This document shows, piece after piece, positions 26,047-38,409 of a DNA stretch of 64,000 nt (positions are counted from its first letter, which is position 1; the number at the start of each line of letters is the position of its first letter). The notes below the pieces were generated by a model. It made no database searches, was not told where the DNA came from, and saw only the letters and a list, made by a program, of their open reading frames with translations. Source of the DNA: Camelus dromedarius (taxonomy: Eukaryota); NCBI RefSeq assembly GCF_036321535.1, contig NC_087436.1, positions 24,740,001-24,804,000 on the forward strand, in the 5' to 3' direction. A program made the translations under genes and the position numbers.

Positions 26047-27059
26047 TTCGGGCCTTCAGTGGCAGTGCCTTAAAAGCATAGTGAGTGTGGCTGGTGGACA
26101 GGAAGCTGTCCAGCACTGGAGCTCTGTGGTCTCACCTGTCGTGCCTCTAAGGGTCTATCTTTGATCCCTTGCAGGCCCGTGAACCTCCAAGTTTTTTTTT
26201 TTTTTTTTTAAACAAATGAATGTATTCATCCATAAGGGCTTTGTGAGTATTCAGCATTCAAAAGCCCTCCCTTCCTTCCTTTCAGTCTCCAGGAGATTAC
26301 TGGTTTCTATGAAGTTTTAGAAATAGAATTTTAGATGGTTGGTCTTGAGTATTGAAAGGCAATAGGGCAAAAGGGTGGGGAGGCCGAGGGGAGGCCAGAT
26401 GGAGGCGGAGAAAGATCTCGAAGTGTAATAAGGGGTGAAAACCCGGATTGTTTGAAAAAGATCTGACTTCAGATAGAACCTTTCATATCTGCCATCAGTC
26501 AGAAGCCACACTCAGTACCCGGTGACTTGTAAATCTGCATAGTCTAGAGATGAACTTCAAATTGGGCTGATCTTGAGGCAATTGTTAAAAGATTGCCTTA
26601 ATCCTGTTTATACTTTTTATCTGATTTTCCTCTAGACGTCTAAAGCCCAAGTCAGCAATTACTTGAAGAAGAGGTCAAACAAGCAGGCTGAAGTTACAAA
26701 AGATTATTGCTGTTTTGGTTAAAGCTACTAGGAGCTGTTATCAGCTAAGTGGTAGGTTGGACTCTAAGGGAAGTTAAGAGTCAGAAAACACTTCCTATCT
26801 GGGCAACTCCTTTGAAGGAACAAACGCTATCTTCTTGTTATCTGGGGATCAAGAATTTGCTTATCCCGCTTGGTCTAACTGAAAGGGGATCTCTGAATGT
26901 GTCTTCTAGATTGGGAGTTCTAATAAATTTTTGTTAGGCCATTACTCAGCAAACTGTGCCTGACTCTTTGCTGGGCAATGAGACTGTAACAATGAAAGTT
27001 TAGTTACCTCCTAGAAGATACAGTGTAACAGGGGTGTCCCAGAGATGTCCATACCCCGA

Positions 27060-27560
27060 GGCGAGTGCAGCCACATTCTATACCATGACACCCCACCTTT
27101 CATGTGTAAAGCTGATTGGATCTGAATCAAGGGCAAAAATACATAAGACACATGTGGCACAGAACCACAAGATGAGAGTGACCAATCGTGTTCTTCTCTA
27201 GGAACTTGGAATTGGGAAGCTGAGAGATGACAGCTGTTAGCACCAGAGGCAGAAGATGAAAGGTGATGTTGAGAGTCAGGTAACACGGCACAGGCTGGGG
27301 TGGGCTGGCAGGCCGAGCCGATGTAGGGAAATCTGGCTGAGAGAGAGAGAAGAATGGGAGTGAGGTGCAGAGAGGAGCAATGCTGCTGTGATCTTAGGAT
27401 CTTTGTGGGGGAGATGGAAAGAAAGGCTTCAATTTCTGATGGCTTTTAAGTTCTGGTTCCTATGAAGCTTGTGTTCTCAGGTGCCTGTGAGGCTCCCTGC
27501 ATCCTTACAACAAATCTCACTCAGCTTGGTTCGCTTGAGGGTATCTCTGCCCTTTGCAGA
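27060..27560 (+). mobile_element. Old MaLR LTR (MLT1K/L-like)
   Basis: GACCAATCGTGTTCTTCTCTAGGAACTTGGAATTGGG...CAACAAATCTCACTCAGCTTGG..TCTCTGCCCTTTGCA. Confidence 0.5.
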
Positions 27561-27579
27561 GAAAGTGGAATAGAAAGCA

Positions 27580-28170
27580 GAAAGCAGGCAGTTGCTGAGT
27601 TGTGTTAAGTGCTGGGATGGCGAAAGGACTACATGCTCCAGGAGGATGGGGGACACCTTAACAGGACTGAGGGAGGCAGAGAAGGATTCCTGTAGGTGAC
27701 GTGCAAGATGTGAACTGAATGGCAAGGAAGAGTTGGCTGGGCAACCGGGATTGGAAAAGAATTAGGGAACAGCACGGGCAGTGGCTGGGTGATGAGAGGA
27801 AACAGGATTCTCTCAAGGAAACTTGAGAAATTTAGAATGAAGGCAGAGATAATGAGTTAAAATGGATGAAACTGGAGAGAGAGAGACAATGAAAACCCTA
27901 GGAAATCATGTTCAGGAATTGAGAACTTCTCCTGAGGCAGAGGGGAAATATGTCAGAATGTTAAGGAGAGGGCTTCAATAATATGATTTGCTTTGAAGAA
28001 GCTTTACTCGGGCAGCAGTGAGGGAAGACACGTTCGGAAGCCAGAGGACCAGCTGGGAGGGTTTGCAGCTCTCCAGCAGGGAGGTGATGAAGTCCGAATT
28101 AGGACAGTGGCAGAGGGGATGGACAGAAGGCATGGACAGAAGAGTGTGGACCCTGGGGTGGGGACTTCCA
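27580..28170 (-). mobile_element. L2 fragment
   Basis: Purine-rich antisense L2 signature (GGAAGGATTCCTGTAGG...TGATTTGCTTTGAAGAAG...GGAAGCCAGAGGACCAGCTGGGAGG). Confidence 0.6.
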
Positions 28171-30598
28171 AGTGGGGTTGCGAGGAAACCAGGGCAGACA
28201 AGTCACTCTGAATATCTATATTCACTGTGTCCTGTCCGCAAGGACTTTCACAAATGTAACAACAGCCAAGATACCAAAATATGACCTAAGAGAACTTGCA
28301 ATGATGTGGGCTTTTATGAATCCAAGAGTATATTCCTTAATATATGATCTGTCTGGAGCAAAGTTATGTGTATCTACAGTGTATTTTTTTCCCTCTCTCA
28401 CCCACCGCTACCCTTCTCTACGCTTGCAGCCTGCAGGTGAAAACCCAGTGCCTTAGCTGGTGTATATCTTTTTGGGCTCGATGGCTGCACTGATTTATTA
28501 TTTAGGTTAGATCTCTGATGCTTTGCATAAACCTTGCCCTCTCACCATTGTTGTTGAGTGGCTTTTTTTGAGGCTGCAGCCAATTTACAATAATTAATGT
28601 GCTCAGGACAGCAGCTGTAGCAGTCATTAATTCCTTAATCTCGAAGTAGAGAGAAATGGATTAGTTAGAGATAAATATAGCTTATGGCATTTTCTCCTGA
28701 GAACAAACCCTTTAAAAACAGTGCTTTCTGTGCAGTGTGGGGGTGGTGGAAAGATGAGAGCACTTTCCCTTCTCCTTGGGGAATTATTCTTGCAAGAAGG
28801 AAGGAGTGGGGGTGGTGAGGTGAAATGGAGGTTCATCTAAAATGAGACAAAAAGCCTGCCCCTGGACAGCACGAAGGCTTTTGTCTTCACTCCCAGGACC
28901 CCAAGACCTCTGGGTGAAGATTTGCCAATTGAACTTCCACTAGTGTTTCGTGCGCACATCAAATCTCTGCTTAGGAAGCCAACACGAGGGAGGGGAGAAA
29001 AAAAAACAACAACCCAGATTCTCTTCTGTTGAGTGAGCCATGTGTTTTAAAATGAGATGAGAGGTTGCTCAAAGATGTTAATGGAAATCTTTGCAAATAC
29101 AAGTTTAAAGTTTCTTCACTCCAAAGAGTCACTCAGCCATAAATATGTGTGGGTTATTTAGAGGCTTCCAAAGGTTACTTGAAAATTGCCTATTTTTCCA
29201 CAAAGAAGCGAGCTGTTTATTGCTTCAAAAACGTGTCTCAGAATGAATGTTTTTCTTCATCTAAGAAGGAAAAAAAATACTGAAATGCATGTAATGCTGG
29301 GAAAAGGTTGATTGGAGAGCAGAATGTGTCTGGGGCTAGAAATATAGGATGGCAGCAGAAAGTATGCTCCCCTCAAGCCTTAGAATTGAGAGAAAAGCAG
29401 GTGATGTTGTCCTCAGGTGACATTAACAATTGTTGGTCTCTTAGTGGGTCTGGTGAAAGGCCACACAAGGCAGGCTGTAAGGCCAAGGCAGGGGGCGTTG
29501 GGTTTCTGTGACAGAGACCTCTGGGGGCTGAAAATGATACCTCCATGAGTACTTCCTGATGGCCACCTGACAGCACAGGAGAGCTTTGCCAGGCTCTGGA
29601 TGGTGTCTCGTTAATCCACAGCTGGTCCCATTGGGCAGTCACTCAGTCACAGGGCCCAGGTTTTTTTACTCTTTGAGAAATCCTATAATAGGGAACATTT
29701 TCTGGCCACTTAGGTAGCTTTACACTGGACTCCAATAAAGTAGAGGCTCATGTTTTGTAGTTCAGATACATCTTTTTTTGTGGATTGCTGGTGCTTCAGC
29801 TGAGACTGAATTTACGTCAAAATCAGGTTTGAGATCAGCAAATAAGTGTGCTTGTAATTCCTGCCTTGGTAGTAAGGCAAGTATGGAGGTTCCCCTTTTG
29901 GTGAAATCCTTTTCATGGAGAAATTGAAAGCAATTTGAGAGATGACATTTGTTGAGGATCTACTGTGTGCAGTGCTGTGTTAGGCACTGATGATGCAGTA
30001 TTTTAATTCAGCTTCAGAATAATCCTGGAAGGTGTTTCCTCAATTTCACATATGAGTGAAGTAATTTGCCCAATTTGAACAAGAGGTTCACATACACACA
30101 CACACACACACACATATACATACACTCAGGCTGCCCCACGCTGCTGGGTTCATTTGGCTTTTGAGAGCCCTGCAGGGAAACATGGCTAAGCATCTCAGTT
30201 TCCTGCAACAGCCTTGAAAGGGGAAAGTCAGTGGGAGTCATCTGGCTAAACGCCACCTGCTGTGTTGGTGTTGCAGCAAAGGATTTACAACTGTGCACGT
30301 CACTGAGCCAGACTTCCCAGGAGGCTGCAGGAAGTGTGGTCCACGCTGTTGCTCAAGATGGTGGGGTCTTCCTTCTCCTCTCCCCAAAGCCCCGAGGACT
30401 GAAACCAAATGGAATCACATGGTGTTGGTATTTGTACACTAACTGAAAAATTTATGACCCTTTGTAAAAATATAGACAAATACGTTGTCTGCTGAGAACT
30501 GAAGATAAGAAATAAACCAAGTTACTGGCTACATTTCCCACGGGTTCCACTTGAGCGAAAATGAATCATTCATGGGATGTTCATGGCGACAACCACCA

Positions 30599-32335
30599 CC
30601 AACCTGGCTGCTTTTAGAAACTGAAAAAAAAAAGGAGTCAGCTGTTGGTTGTACTGCAGCCACTGGAAATAATAAAGCAAATTAATTTTGAATTCACACA
30701 ATGGCCACGACCTCCTTGAGGATGGTTCGGGTTTGTGAGTCTGTTTGAGGAGAGGCCGTTCTCCCTCATTCACTCTGATGTTTTGAAGCTCTTGGAGGGT
30801 ACCCCTGCGTAGGCAGGCTGGTTTCAGGTCTCGTGTTTTATCATATTTTACCCCCAAAGCCTGACTCAACTTGTAGGGCTCCATGCAGAGTAGTTTGTTT
30901 ACAACCCTTTTTAATAAAACGGGCTGTAGATATGTCTCATTTTCACCTTGTCTACAACCTGTGGTACAGAATAGTACAATACTAACAGTGGAATTCAGTT
31001 TTGATCGTTAAAATGAATGGAAGATACACTGCTTAGCAGCTCCTCAAAACCACATAAATTGGATGTCCAACAGTGCAAAACTCCAAAGTGCATCCTTTAA
31101 ACCTGTGAAAAGAAGCATTAGAGGCAGAACTTAGAATTTGTTTCAACTGAGTTGACGGTAATCCCAGACACGAGGGCACGTCCTAGGTACTTTTCATTTC
31201 TCTGAAAATTGATATGTTATGGCTAAAACCAGCCAATCGCTCTGGAGAGAAAAGCTAACACATTCATGAATTATCCTTGGGTTTTGTGCTTTAATTTAAA
31301 ATTGTTTGTTGAAGTCATGCTTGATTCCACTATGAGAGTTTTGACGGACTAACTTGGGCTACCTGGTAAAAATCCAATGAAGTTAAATGCAAGTTATAAA
31401 CAGTTTTCTATATTAATGCTAATTAATGATACTGATGTGAGTTGTTAAAAAAAAAGAGAAAGAATTGGTTTCTTCCTTGATGTATAGATACATTTTATAA
31501 ATTTGTTTTAGCTGCTTATTTGCTAGAGGTAGAAATTGCCTTTGAGGTAAGAGAAAAACTTCCAAGCTATTTCATGCTTGGAAATCTACAGCTTACTATA
31601 CTCAAACGATAGGAAAATATCCAAATTTCTGAGCTGGTGACCAAGGACCTACCTTACCAACCTCATTAGCAGGACTCCTTGGAGACAATGCTTCCTGTTA
31701 CCTGTGTGGACCCGCGTTCTTCCAGCCTAGTTATTGCCTTTCATCTCCAATTTGATACCCATCCTTCCAACCTCAAGCTCCATTTGAGCTCTTTCATGAT
31801 TTTATTTTTCTCTCTGATTTAGATGAATCCTTATAGCAAATGTTTAATATGACTTCTATGTCATAAAGAATGTACCTCTATACGCTGAAACTGAAGTAGT
31901 AAAGAATATAAATGTGAAGCAAGCCTCCCAAACCTCCGCTATGGCTAATTCCAAATTAAACATTGTACCCACTTAGGTCTTTTGATAGGGCAGGTGAACA
32001 GACCCTACTCTGTTTCTGAAGGTTTCCCGGGTTTCATGGGATAAAGTGGGCATCATTCTCTCACATTCCCCTTTCTTGGCTGATCAGTGAGATTGTTTTG
32101 GGGAAGGGAGGCAGGGATTCCAGTTCTGGAAAATCTTCCTGAACATCCTGTCTCAGGGGTTTGGCCTTAAATGGAAAAGACTGGAAGGAGATCTGAAGGT
32201 GCTCTGGGTTCCTCCCACTGCAGGGAGAACTGGGCATTGTGTGAATCCAAAATTAACTTGCTTATTATTTCTTGCTTCTGCAGCGTAACAAACAACTGAC
32301 TTTTTTTTTTCAGTTTCTAAAAGCAGCCAGGTTGG
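30599..32335. repeat. Long-spacer inverted repeat (arms 30599-30707 and 32231-32335)
   Basis: Arm A CCAACCTGGCTGCTTTTAGAAACTG(A)10G... is the exact reverse complement of 32300-32335. The rest of the arms match at roughly 80% by hand alignment. Confidence 0.9.
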
Positions 32336-32909
32336 AACTTTGGGGGTTCCTGAAGTATTTCTGGGGTTCCTCTACCCCTCCTTGTCTGCTTTCTTGAAAG
32401 GTCCATCTTGAAGAGGCAGGTCATCTCTGCTGCAGTCTTGGCTGGCTCGTCTCTTGATCAGGTTTCTCGGCTCAAGCAGCACATAGTTACCTCAGAGCAG
32501 CTCTGTCTTCTTCCACCTCCCATGCTAAGCTCAGCCAAGTTCCCAGAGTTTTCTTGAGGCCCCTGCAAACTCTTTGGTGCCACTGCAGTTGTCCTGTTTT
32601 GTTTGCACATCACCATGGTCTAGAAGGGAGACTTAACTGTCCTAGTTAAGAGAGTTACCGAATAACCGGGTAGGACTTCTGCCTCTTCTTTACCTTGGTT
32701 GCAGCAGAGAGGGGGGAGGAACTGACCCCAGTGCCACATCCTTATTGAGCAGATGGAATCTAGCAGGGTCTCCACCCTTTGCTAGGTTCTCTTTTCTTTT
32801 CAGGGGGAGGCCGGCAGGGATCTGGGTCATGTCTTAGCTTCTCCTTTCCCTTTCCATGGGGTTCACAGCTCTCTCTGTGGCATTAAGGAAGGTTCTGGCT
32901 AAAAACTTG

Positions 32910-33405
32910 GATAGTAAGAGATCAGTGGTTTCTAAGTGTTTGCGGGTGGCAGCAGGAGGAGAGGAGTAGGAATCAATAGGTGGAGTGTGAGGTATTTTCA
33001 GGGGAGTGAAACTATTCTGTGATACTGTAATGGGTAATACATAACGTTATTATTATTATAAAGACTATTATATATAATGTATATTATATAAATTTACATA
33101 TATTATACATTACTATAATGGAGAATTATGATATGCAATTGTCTGTTTTTGTTGTGGGGGGAGGTAACTAGGTTTATTTATTTCCTTATTTATTTTGATG
33201 GAGGTACTGGGGATTGAACCCAGGACCTCGTGCGTGCTAAGCATGCGCTCCACCACTTGAGCTATACCTTCCCTCCTTATGCAATTGTCAAAACCCACAG
33301 AACTGTAAAACATAGCGTAAGCTCCAATGTAAACAATGAGCTTTAGTTAATATATCAATATTGGTTCCTCAGTTGTAACAAGTATATCACAATAGAGCAA
33401 GATCA
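32910..33405 (+). mobile_element. L1MC-like 3' fragment, interrupted by a SINE
   Basis: AGATCAGTGGTT...GGGGAGTGAAACTATTCTGTGATACTGTAATGG...TTGTCAAAACCCACAGAACTGTA...TCAATATTGGTTC. Confidence 0.7.
33144..33277 (-). mobile_element. tRNA-Ala-derived camelid SINE (Vic-1 like), full length
   Basis: A-box and B-box on the minus strand. Exact 12-bp TSD TATGCAATTGTC at 33132-33143 and 33278-33289. Confidence 0.92.
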
Positions 33406-33442
33406 TAGGGGAATAATACTAATTACTAGACCTGTGAAGAGT

Positions 33443-33537
33443 AGGAGGTATAGCTCAGGGGTAGAGCACATGCTTGTTATGCACAAGGTCCTGGGTTCAA
33501 TCCCCAGTGCCTCCATTAAGGGAAAAAATTTTTAAAA
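33443..33537 (+). mobile_element. tRNA-Ala-derived camelid SINE (short form)
   Basis: GGTATAGCTCAGGGGTAGAGC...GGTCCTGGGTTCAATCCCCAGTGCCTCCA. 16-bp TSD TAGAC(C/T)TGTGAA(G/A)AGT at 33427-33442 and 33538-33553. Confidence 0.9.
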
Positions 33538-34019
33538 TAGACTTGTGAAAAGTCTAATATTAATAATATTAATAATAGGGGAATCGATCAGTATGTTGTA
33601 CACCTGAAACTAATATAATGTTATATGTCAATTATACGTCAGTTTAAAAAAAGCAATTACAAAACAGAGGGGGAAAGGGAATGTTCTGGCTAGCTTTATG
33701 CATGCCCACACTTTTCAAAGTCCTTGCCTTCCACCTCATTTCCTGAGTAGGGGCCATGAGCTTTTACACCAGTCGTGTTCAGACTGCTTTATTTGACCTG
33801 CTTGCATCAGACTGTGGGTCCTCTGTGAATGGCCTCCATCAATTGCCCAAATAGTTGACAGAAAAGTTGGAAGGGTTGTTTATTGTGTGTGATGCATTTG
33901 GGCCCGCGAGTATGAGTGTTGGTGTGGTCTCCTCACCAGATGCTTCAGCTGGGTTTGTTCATGGTCCCAGCCACCCAGGTGCTCATCTAAAATAATCCCA
34001 GGGCCCCAGTGTGGTCTTT

Positions 34020-34210
34020 GGAAGCCAGCCTGCCTGGGATAGAATCCTGATTCAATGACCTACCAGTTATGTCTTCTTGGGTAAATTCTTAAACCTCTCT
34101 TTTCTTCAGTTCCTAATCTGTAAAATGAGGATTATGATAGAAATTTGTTATGGGGATTAGATGAGATAAGGCAAATTATAGCTTACTGTAGGTTCTGGTA
34201 AATGTTAGTT
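34020..34210 (+). mobile_element. MIR
   Basis: CTGCCTGGGATAGAATCCTG...TTGGGTAAATTCTTAAACCTCTCT..CTTCAGTTCCTAATCTGTAAAATGAGGAT. Confidence 0.8.
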
Positions 34211-34299
34211 TTTTTTGACCCTGGTGTGTGTGGGACAGGGTAGGGGGATGTCACTCCACACAGGCCTCCATGATGGCAGACGGTCATCACCTACTGGCC

Positions 34300-34700
34300 T
34301 AATTTATTGATTCCTCAAATATTCATTGAATGCATATTATATTATATGATCTCTGTTTTAGGTCCTGGGGCAAAATTGAGCAAAAGCATTCATGGCCTCT
34401 GTTCCCATGGAGCTCAGAGTCTAGTGGGGGAGATAGACATTAATCACAAAAACGTGTGTAACTGAAAACCAGGATACGTGTGCTAAGAAAAGTATGTGAT
34501 ACTATGGAGTATTTAACAGAGCACTTGATGTAGCTTGAAAGATGGTTAAGAGGAAATCAGGTGAATGCAGAGGGACCTGTATGTGTAAAGGTCCTGTGGC
34601 AGAGGTAACCATGGTTCACTTGAGGAATTATAAGAGCACCAGTGGGGCTGGAACCCACAGAAAAGTGTGGGATAATTCTATGAAATAAGACCGGCAAAGT
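34300..34700 (-). mobile_element. L2 3' fragment (appears to resume after the MLT1 at ~35330-35800)
   Basis: AAATATTCATTGAATGCATATTAT...CCCATGGAGCTCAGAGTCTAGTGGGGGAGATAGACATTAATCA. Confidence 0.75.
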
Positions 34701-34707
34701 AGATATA

Positions 34708-35230
34708 GTAAGTAGATTAATGCTCTCCCCCACCCCCCAGAGGTATCTATGTCCTAATCCCTGAAACCTGTGAACATGTCACCTTCCATGGCAAAGGGAC
34801 TTTGCAGAAGTAATTAAGGCTAAGGATCTTGAGAGGGGAGGTTATCTTGGATTATCTGGGTGGGCTCAGTGTAATCACAAGTGTCCTTATAAGTGAAAGA
34901 GGGAACCAAGAGTATCTGAATGAGAAGGGGAGGGGGAGAGAAAGAGAGAGAGGGACAGAGATTGGAGTATGGTACACTGCTGGTTTTGAAGATGAAGGAA
35001 GGAGTCCACAAGCCAAGGCATGCATGCGACTTTGAGAAGCTGGAAAAGGCAAAGAAACAGTTTATCTTCTAGAGCCTCTAGAAGGAATGTAGCCCTGCTG
35101 ACTCCTTGATTTTGGCCTTGTGAGGCCCATTTTAGATTTCTGACCTCCAGAAAAATAAGATAATACATTTATGTTGTTTTAGGGTGCTAAGTTTGGGGTA
35201 ATTTGTTTTACAGAATAAGAAACGAATATG
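34708..35230 (+). mobile_element. MaLR solo LTR (MLT1D-like)
   Basis: GTCCTAATCCCTGAAACCTGTGAACATG...GGCAAAGGGACTTTGCAGA...AAGCTGGAAAAGGCAAAGAAACAG...TTCTGACCTCCAGAA...GGTAATTTGTT. Confidence 0.9.
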
Positions 35231-35829
35231 GAAGCTAATATCAAAGTTCATTCTTACAGGGTCAAAAGTGCTCCTGCTTAGAGTGCCCTTTGGGCCAACT
35301 AGGGGTAAAGGACTGGCTGGGGTGGGTGTGGCCATCCTGAGATAAGGGGAGGGGCTGGGCATTACTGGGAACAGAGAAGAGATGAATGTGAAAGATCATG
35401 AAATGTAGCAGGATCTGGTGGCTGACTAGTTGTCAGGGATAAAGAAAGAGCATCATCATCTAAGGGTTTTGAGGCTGAAAGAGTGAGAGAATAGTGATTC
35501 AATTCAAAAGAGAGGAGGAGGGAGAGGAGGGCTAGAGTGGACGCAGGACAACAGGGCAGCGTGGTTGGGGTGGATTTAACAGTAAGCCTGATTTTATTAT
35601 GTTGAACTTGGGACACTGACAGAAGAGTCAAGCCCTGGGATTTGGGGAAATATGGGATGATAATAGATGAATAGATAATAATTAGGTTAATAGAGTGAAT
35701 AATAGATGAGGAGTGGGGGTTGAAGATGTGCCTCTGGAAGATGAAGAGTGAGATGGGAGATGAAGCAATGAAGAGAAAACAGTTCCTCGAGGCAGTCTAA
35801 AGGTAGAAGGGAGACAGGAAGGTAAGCTC

Positions 35830-36030
35830 GCATTTACTGGGCACCTACTTCCACCAGGCATTAGAGTACATTTTAGTTTTTAAATATATGTTAACTAATT
35901 TAATCCTTATAACACCCCTCCATGTCATCCATGATGACATGGTATTGGAACCATTTTTGAAGGTGATCAGTACAGAATCAGAGAAAGTGAGTAACTTGCC
36001 CGTAATCAAACAGCCAGTAAGTGGTCTCTT
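35830..36030 (-). mobile_element. MIR
   Basis: CATTTACTGGGCACCTACT...TTTAATCCTTATAAC...AGTAACTTGCCC. Confidence 0.7.
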
Positions 36031-38409
36031 ACACCATGTGCACAGTTAGGGCAAAGGCAGCTGTTCCTGAAGGCAGAGAGAGAGTGACAGAGGGAAAGAG
36101 AGTTTGCCTAGTGTGGTGTTGTTGAAGCCACGAAGCAGGAGGGATCTACAGTGTCAAATGTTCCTGTTAAAAGATTTGCCAATCAGAATTCAGAATTCAG
36201 AATGATGTATCACTAGGACACAGCCTCTGGATCGCTGGGTATCAGGCGATACTCTTTTGACGTATGTTTCATTGTCTATGGTCCCTTTAGTTATAGAAGG
36301 GCTCCTAACGAAGTGTCTGTGTGATATTCTGTGATGATGTGATGATGATGATGATAATGATGAGAGAGAGAAGGAGAGAGACAGAGAGACAGGGAGGTAC
36401 AGTCAGAGAAATCACAGATCACCATTCTCACAGGCACAATTAGTCTTCCTGACTAGAAAGCAAGGTTATAAAATATGTTTTTGATTTTAAGATGCCAGGC
36501 CTTCCCAGAAGTACTGGTTATAATTTTAATGACAACCATTGTGGGAAGTATTTGACTTTTGGCTCAGAAGTTTCATGGTCTAGAGGAATCAATAATATAT
36601 GACACATCTTTTAAATTCCCCTCAATCAGGTCTACAAAAGGCATACTTTCATGGCCCACCCACATTCAGGCAGAATCAGATGGTCTATTAATTCAGACTC
36701 GAATTAAAAACTCTCACCTCTCTTGTTTTAGCTGTTCAGGATGCAGTCTGTGTCTAGTTATTAAAATGAACACTTACAGTGACCACAGCCCTGAATCGAA
36801 TACTCCATATGGCACCCAAGTGAAGGCTCTCGACATGTGCACTTTTGTCTTTGGTCATTTCAGACTGAAAATACAATTAGACTTGGCTGTCAGACAGATG
36901 AAATCTGTCATATTTCCCCTATAGGACCTGCACTTGGTCCAGATCAATAAATATAAAACCACTTGCACATAAATTGCAAACTAAGCTTGCAGCTTCAATA
37001 CATGTGGGCTTAAATTCACTTGTATCTGGCATCCACCGCTTCCTGGCCAGTCTGTTTCTGTGATTAGTGCAATTTCATAGCTGGACCAGAAAAACAAGGC
37101 TGCAAACCATTACTATAAAGCAGCAGATGGCTTTGCTACACCTTCCCTGTAAGGGCAGTTCCCCCAGAAAATGGGGTTTGAGCTGCTTGCTGTCTAGAAT
37201 GGAACTTTAAAATTGGGATGAGTTCAAGTCATTTCCTGAGTGTAGCTCCACAAAGCTGTTGTTATTTTTTTTCCCATTCCTTCTCGAGATTTCAGACAGA
37301 ATTTGTAATAAGCTTTGCCTGGACACAACTTGTCACACGGCAGAAACGTGATTTATATACAGAGATACAAGATTCTCTGTATATGTTTTACAGAGCCAGC
37401 TTTTACTGGATGATACATACATGTTGGATTGGCTTCATGGAGAGCGAGATGTGCTTACCTTTTCTCCCGAGACCATTAACTCAGGTAACATTTATTTTGG
37501 GGGAAGGTAAACTCTAACACCTATTTCCCTCCCTCACTTAGTTTAACTTAGAAGTCAGGTTTCACGCAAAGAGAATTTTTTTTCCCAGTGTAACATGGAA
37601 TTAGGCTGTAGAAGTTGCTGCCACGGGATATCAAGAGAGCAAATTAATCTAGACTATTTAGAGGCAAGAATTAGACATTTGCTGTATCTGAACAAGAAGA
37701 ACATCTGTATTTTCAAGAGTTACGGTGGAATCAAAACATCTAGATTTTCAAATATGGTGCCGGCTAAGCAAAGTGATTACAAAATCAGGTCAAAGGAAAG
37801 AAATCCTCTGTAACAGACAATATAAAAAGACATGTCAAGTGCGCTAGAGGTGTAACTTCCTCAAAGGCCACTGTTCTTGGAGTTAGAATGTGTTCTGAGG
37901 ATGGCTAAATCTACTTGGCTGAGCCATTTCCTTGCTTGTCTGGTCATTCTTCTTTTGGGAATTCACGGGGATCCAGTAATGCTGCCTGAATTTGATGTGC
38001 TCATGTTATAGCAGAATCTTCTCATGAGTGTAAATGAGACTGGCCCTTTGAGGGTCATTTAAAGTCAATCATTCCAAAAAGTTGGAGGAAACAATCCATA
38101 TTGTGTCTACAGGGCATGTATTTTGGGGGGAATCATATGATTTGGGTAAATTATTCCTGAAGTCATATTAGACTTGAGATGTGTTTTTAATTCTAGTAAA
38201 TTAAATCTAATCAAGGTTTGAATTGGCATAGACCAAGGATTACAATCTTTCAGACATTGTAGCAGGGTGAAAATTATCAGACTGGTCTACGAATGGGCCA
38301 GAGAATGAACTTCAACCTTAAAAAAAAAATCAAAACACAACTGTTGGCTTCATTTTACTAACTAGAGATTAGTTTACATCAACAAGCTGGTTTAAAAACA
38401 TCCCCTCTC

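Noticed and set aside
30599..32335. DNA transposon with long terminal inverted repeats
   Set aside because: No TSD outside the arms, termini unlike hAT/Tc1/piggyBac ends, and no transposase remnant seen. Kept as an unexplained inverted repeat.
35920..35942. Hairpin CCATGTCATC-CAT-GATGACATGG, and palindrome GATATCTAGATATC at 16011-16024
   Set aside because: Too short for a pre-miRNA; the first lies within a MIR. Consistent with local template-switch events or chance.
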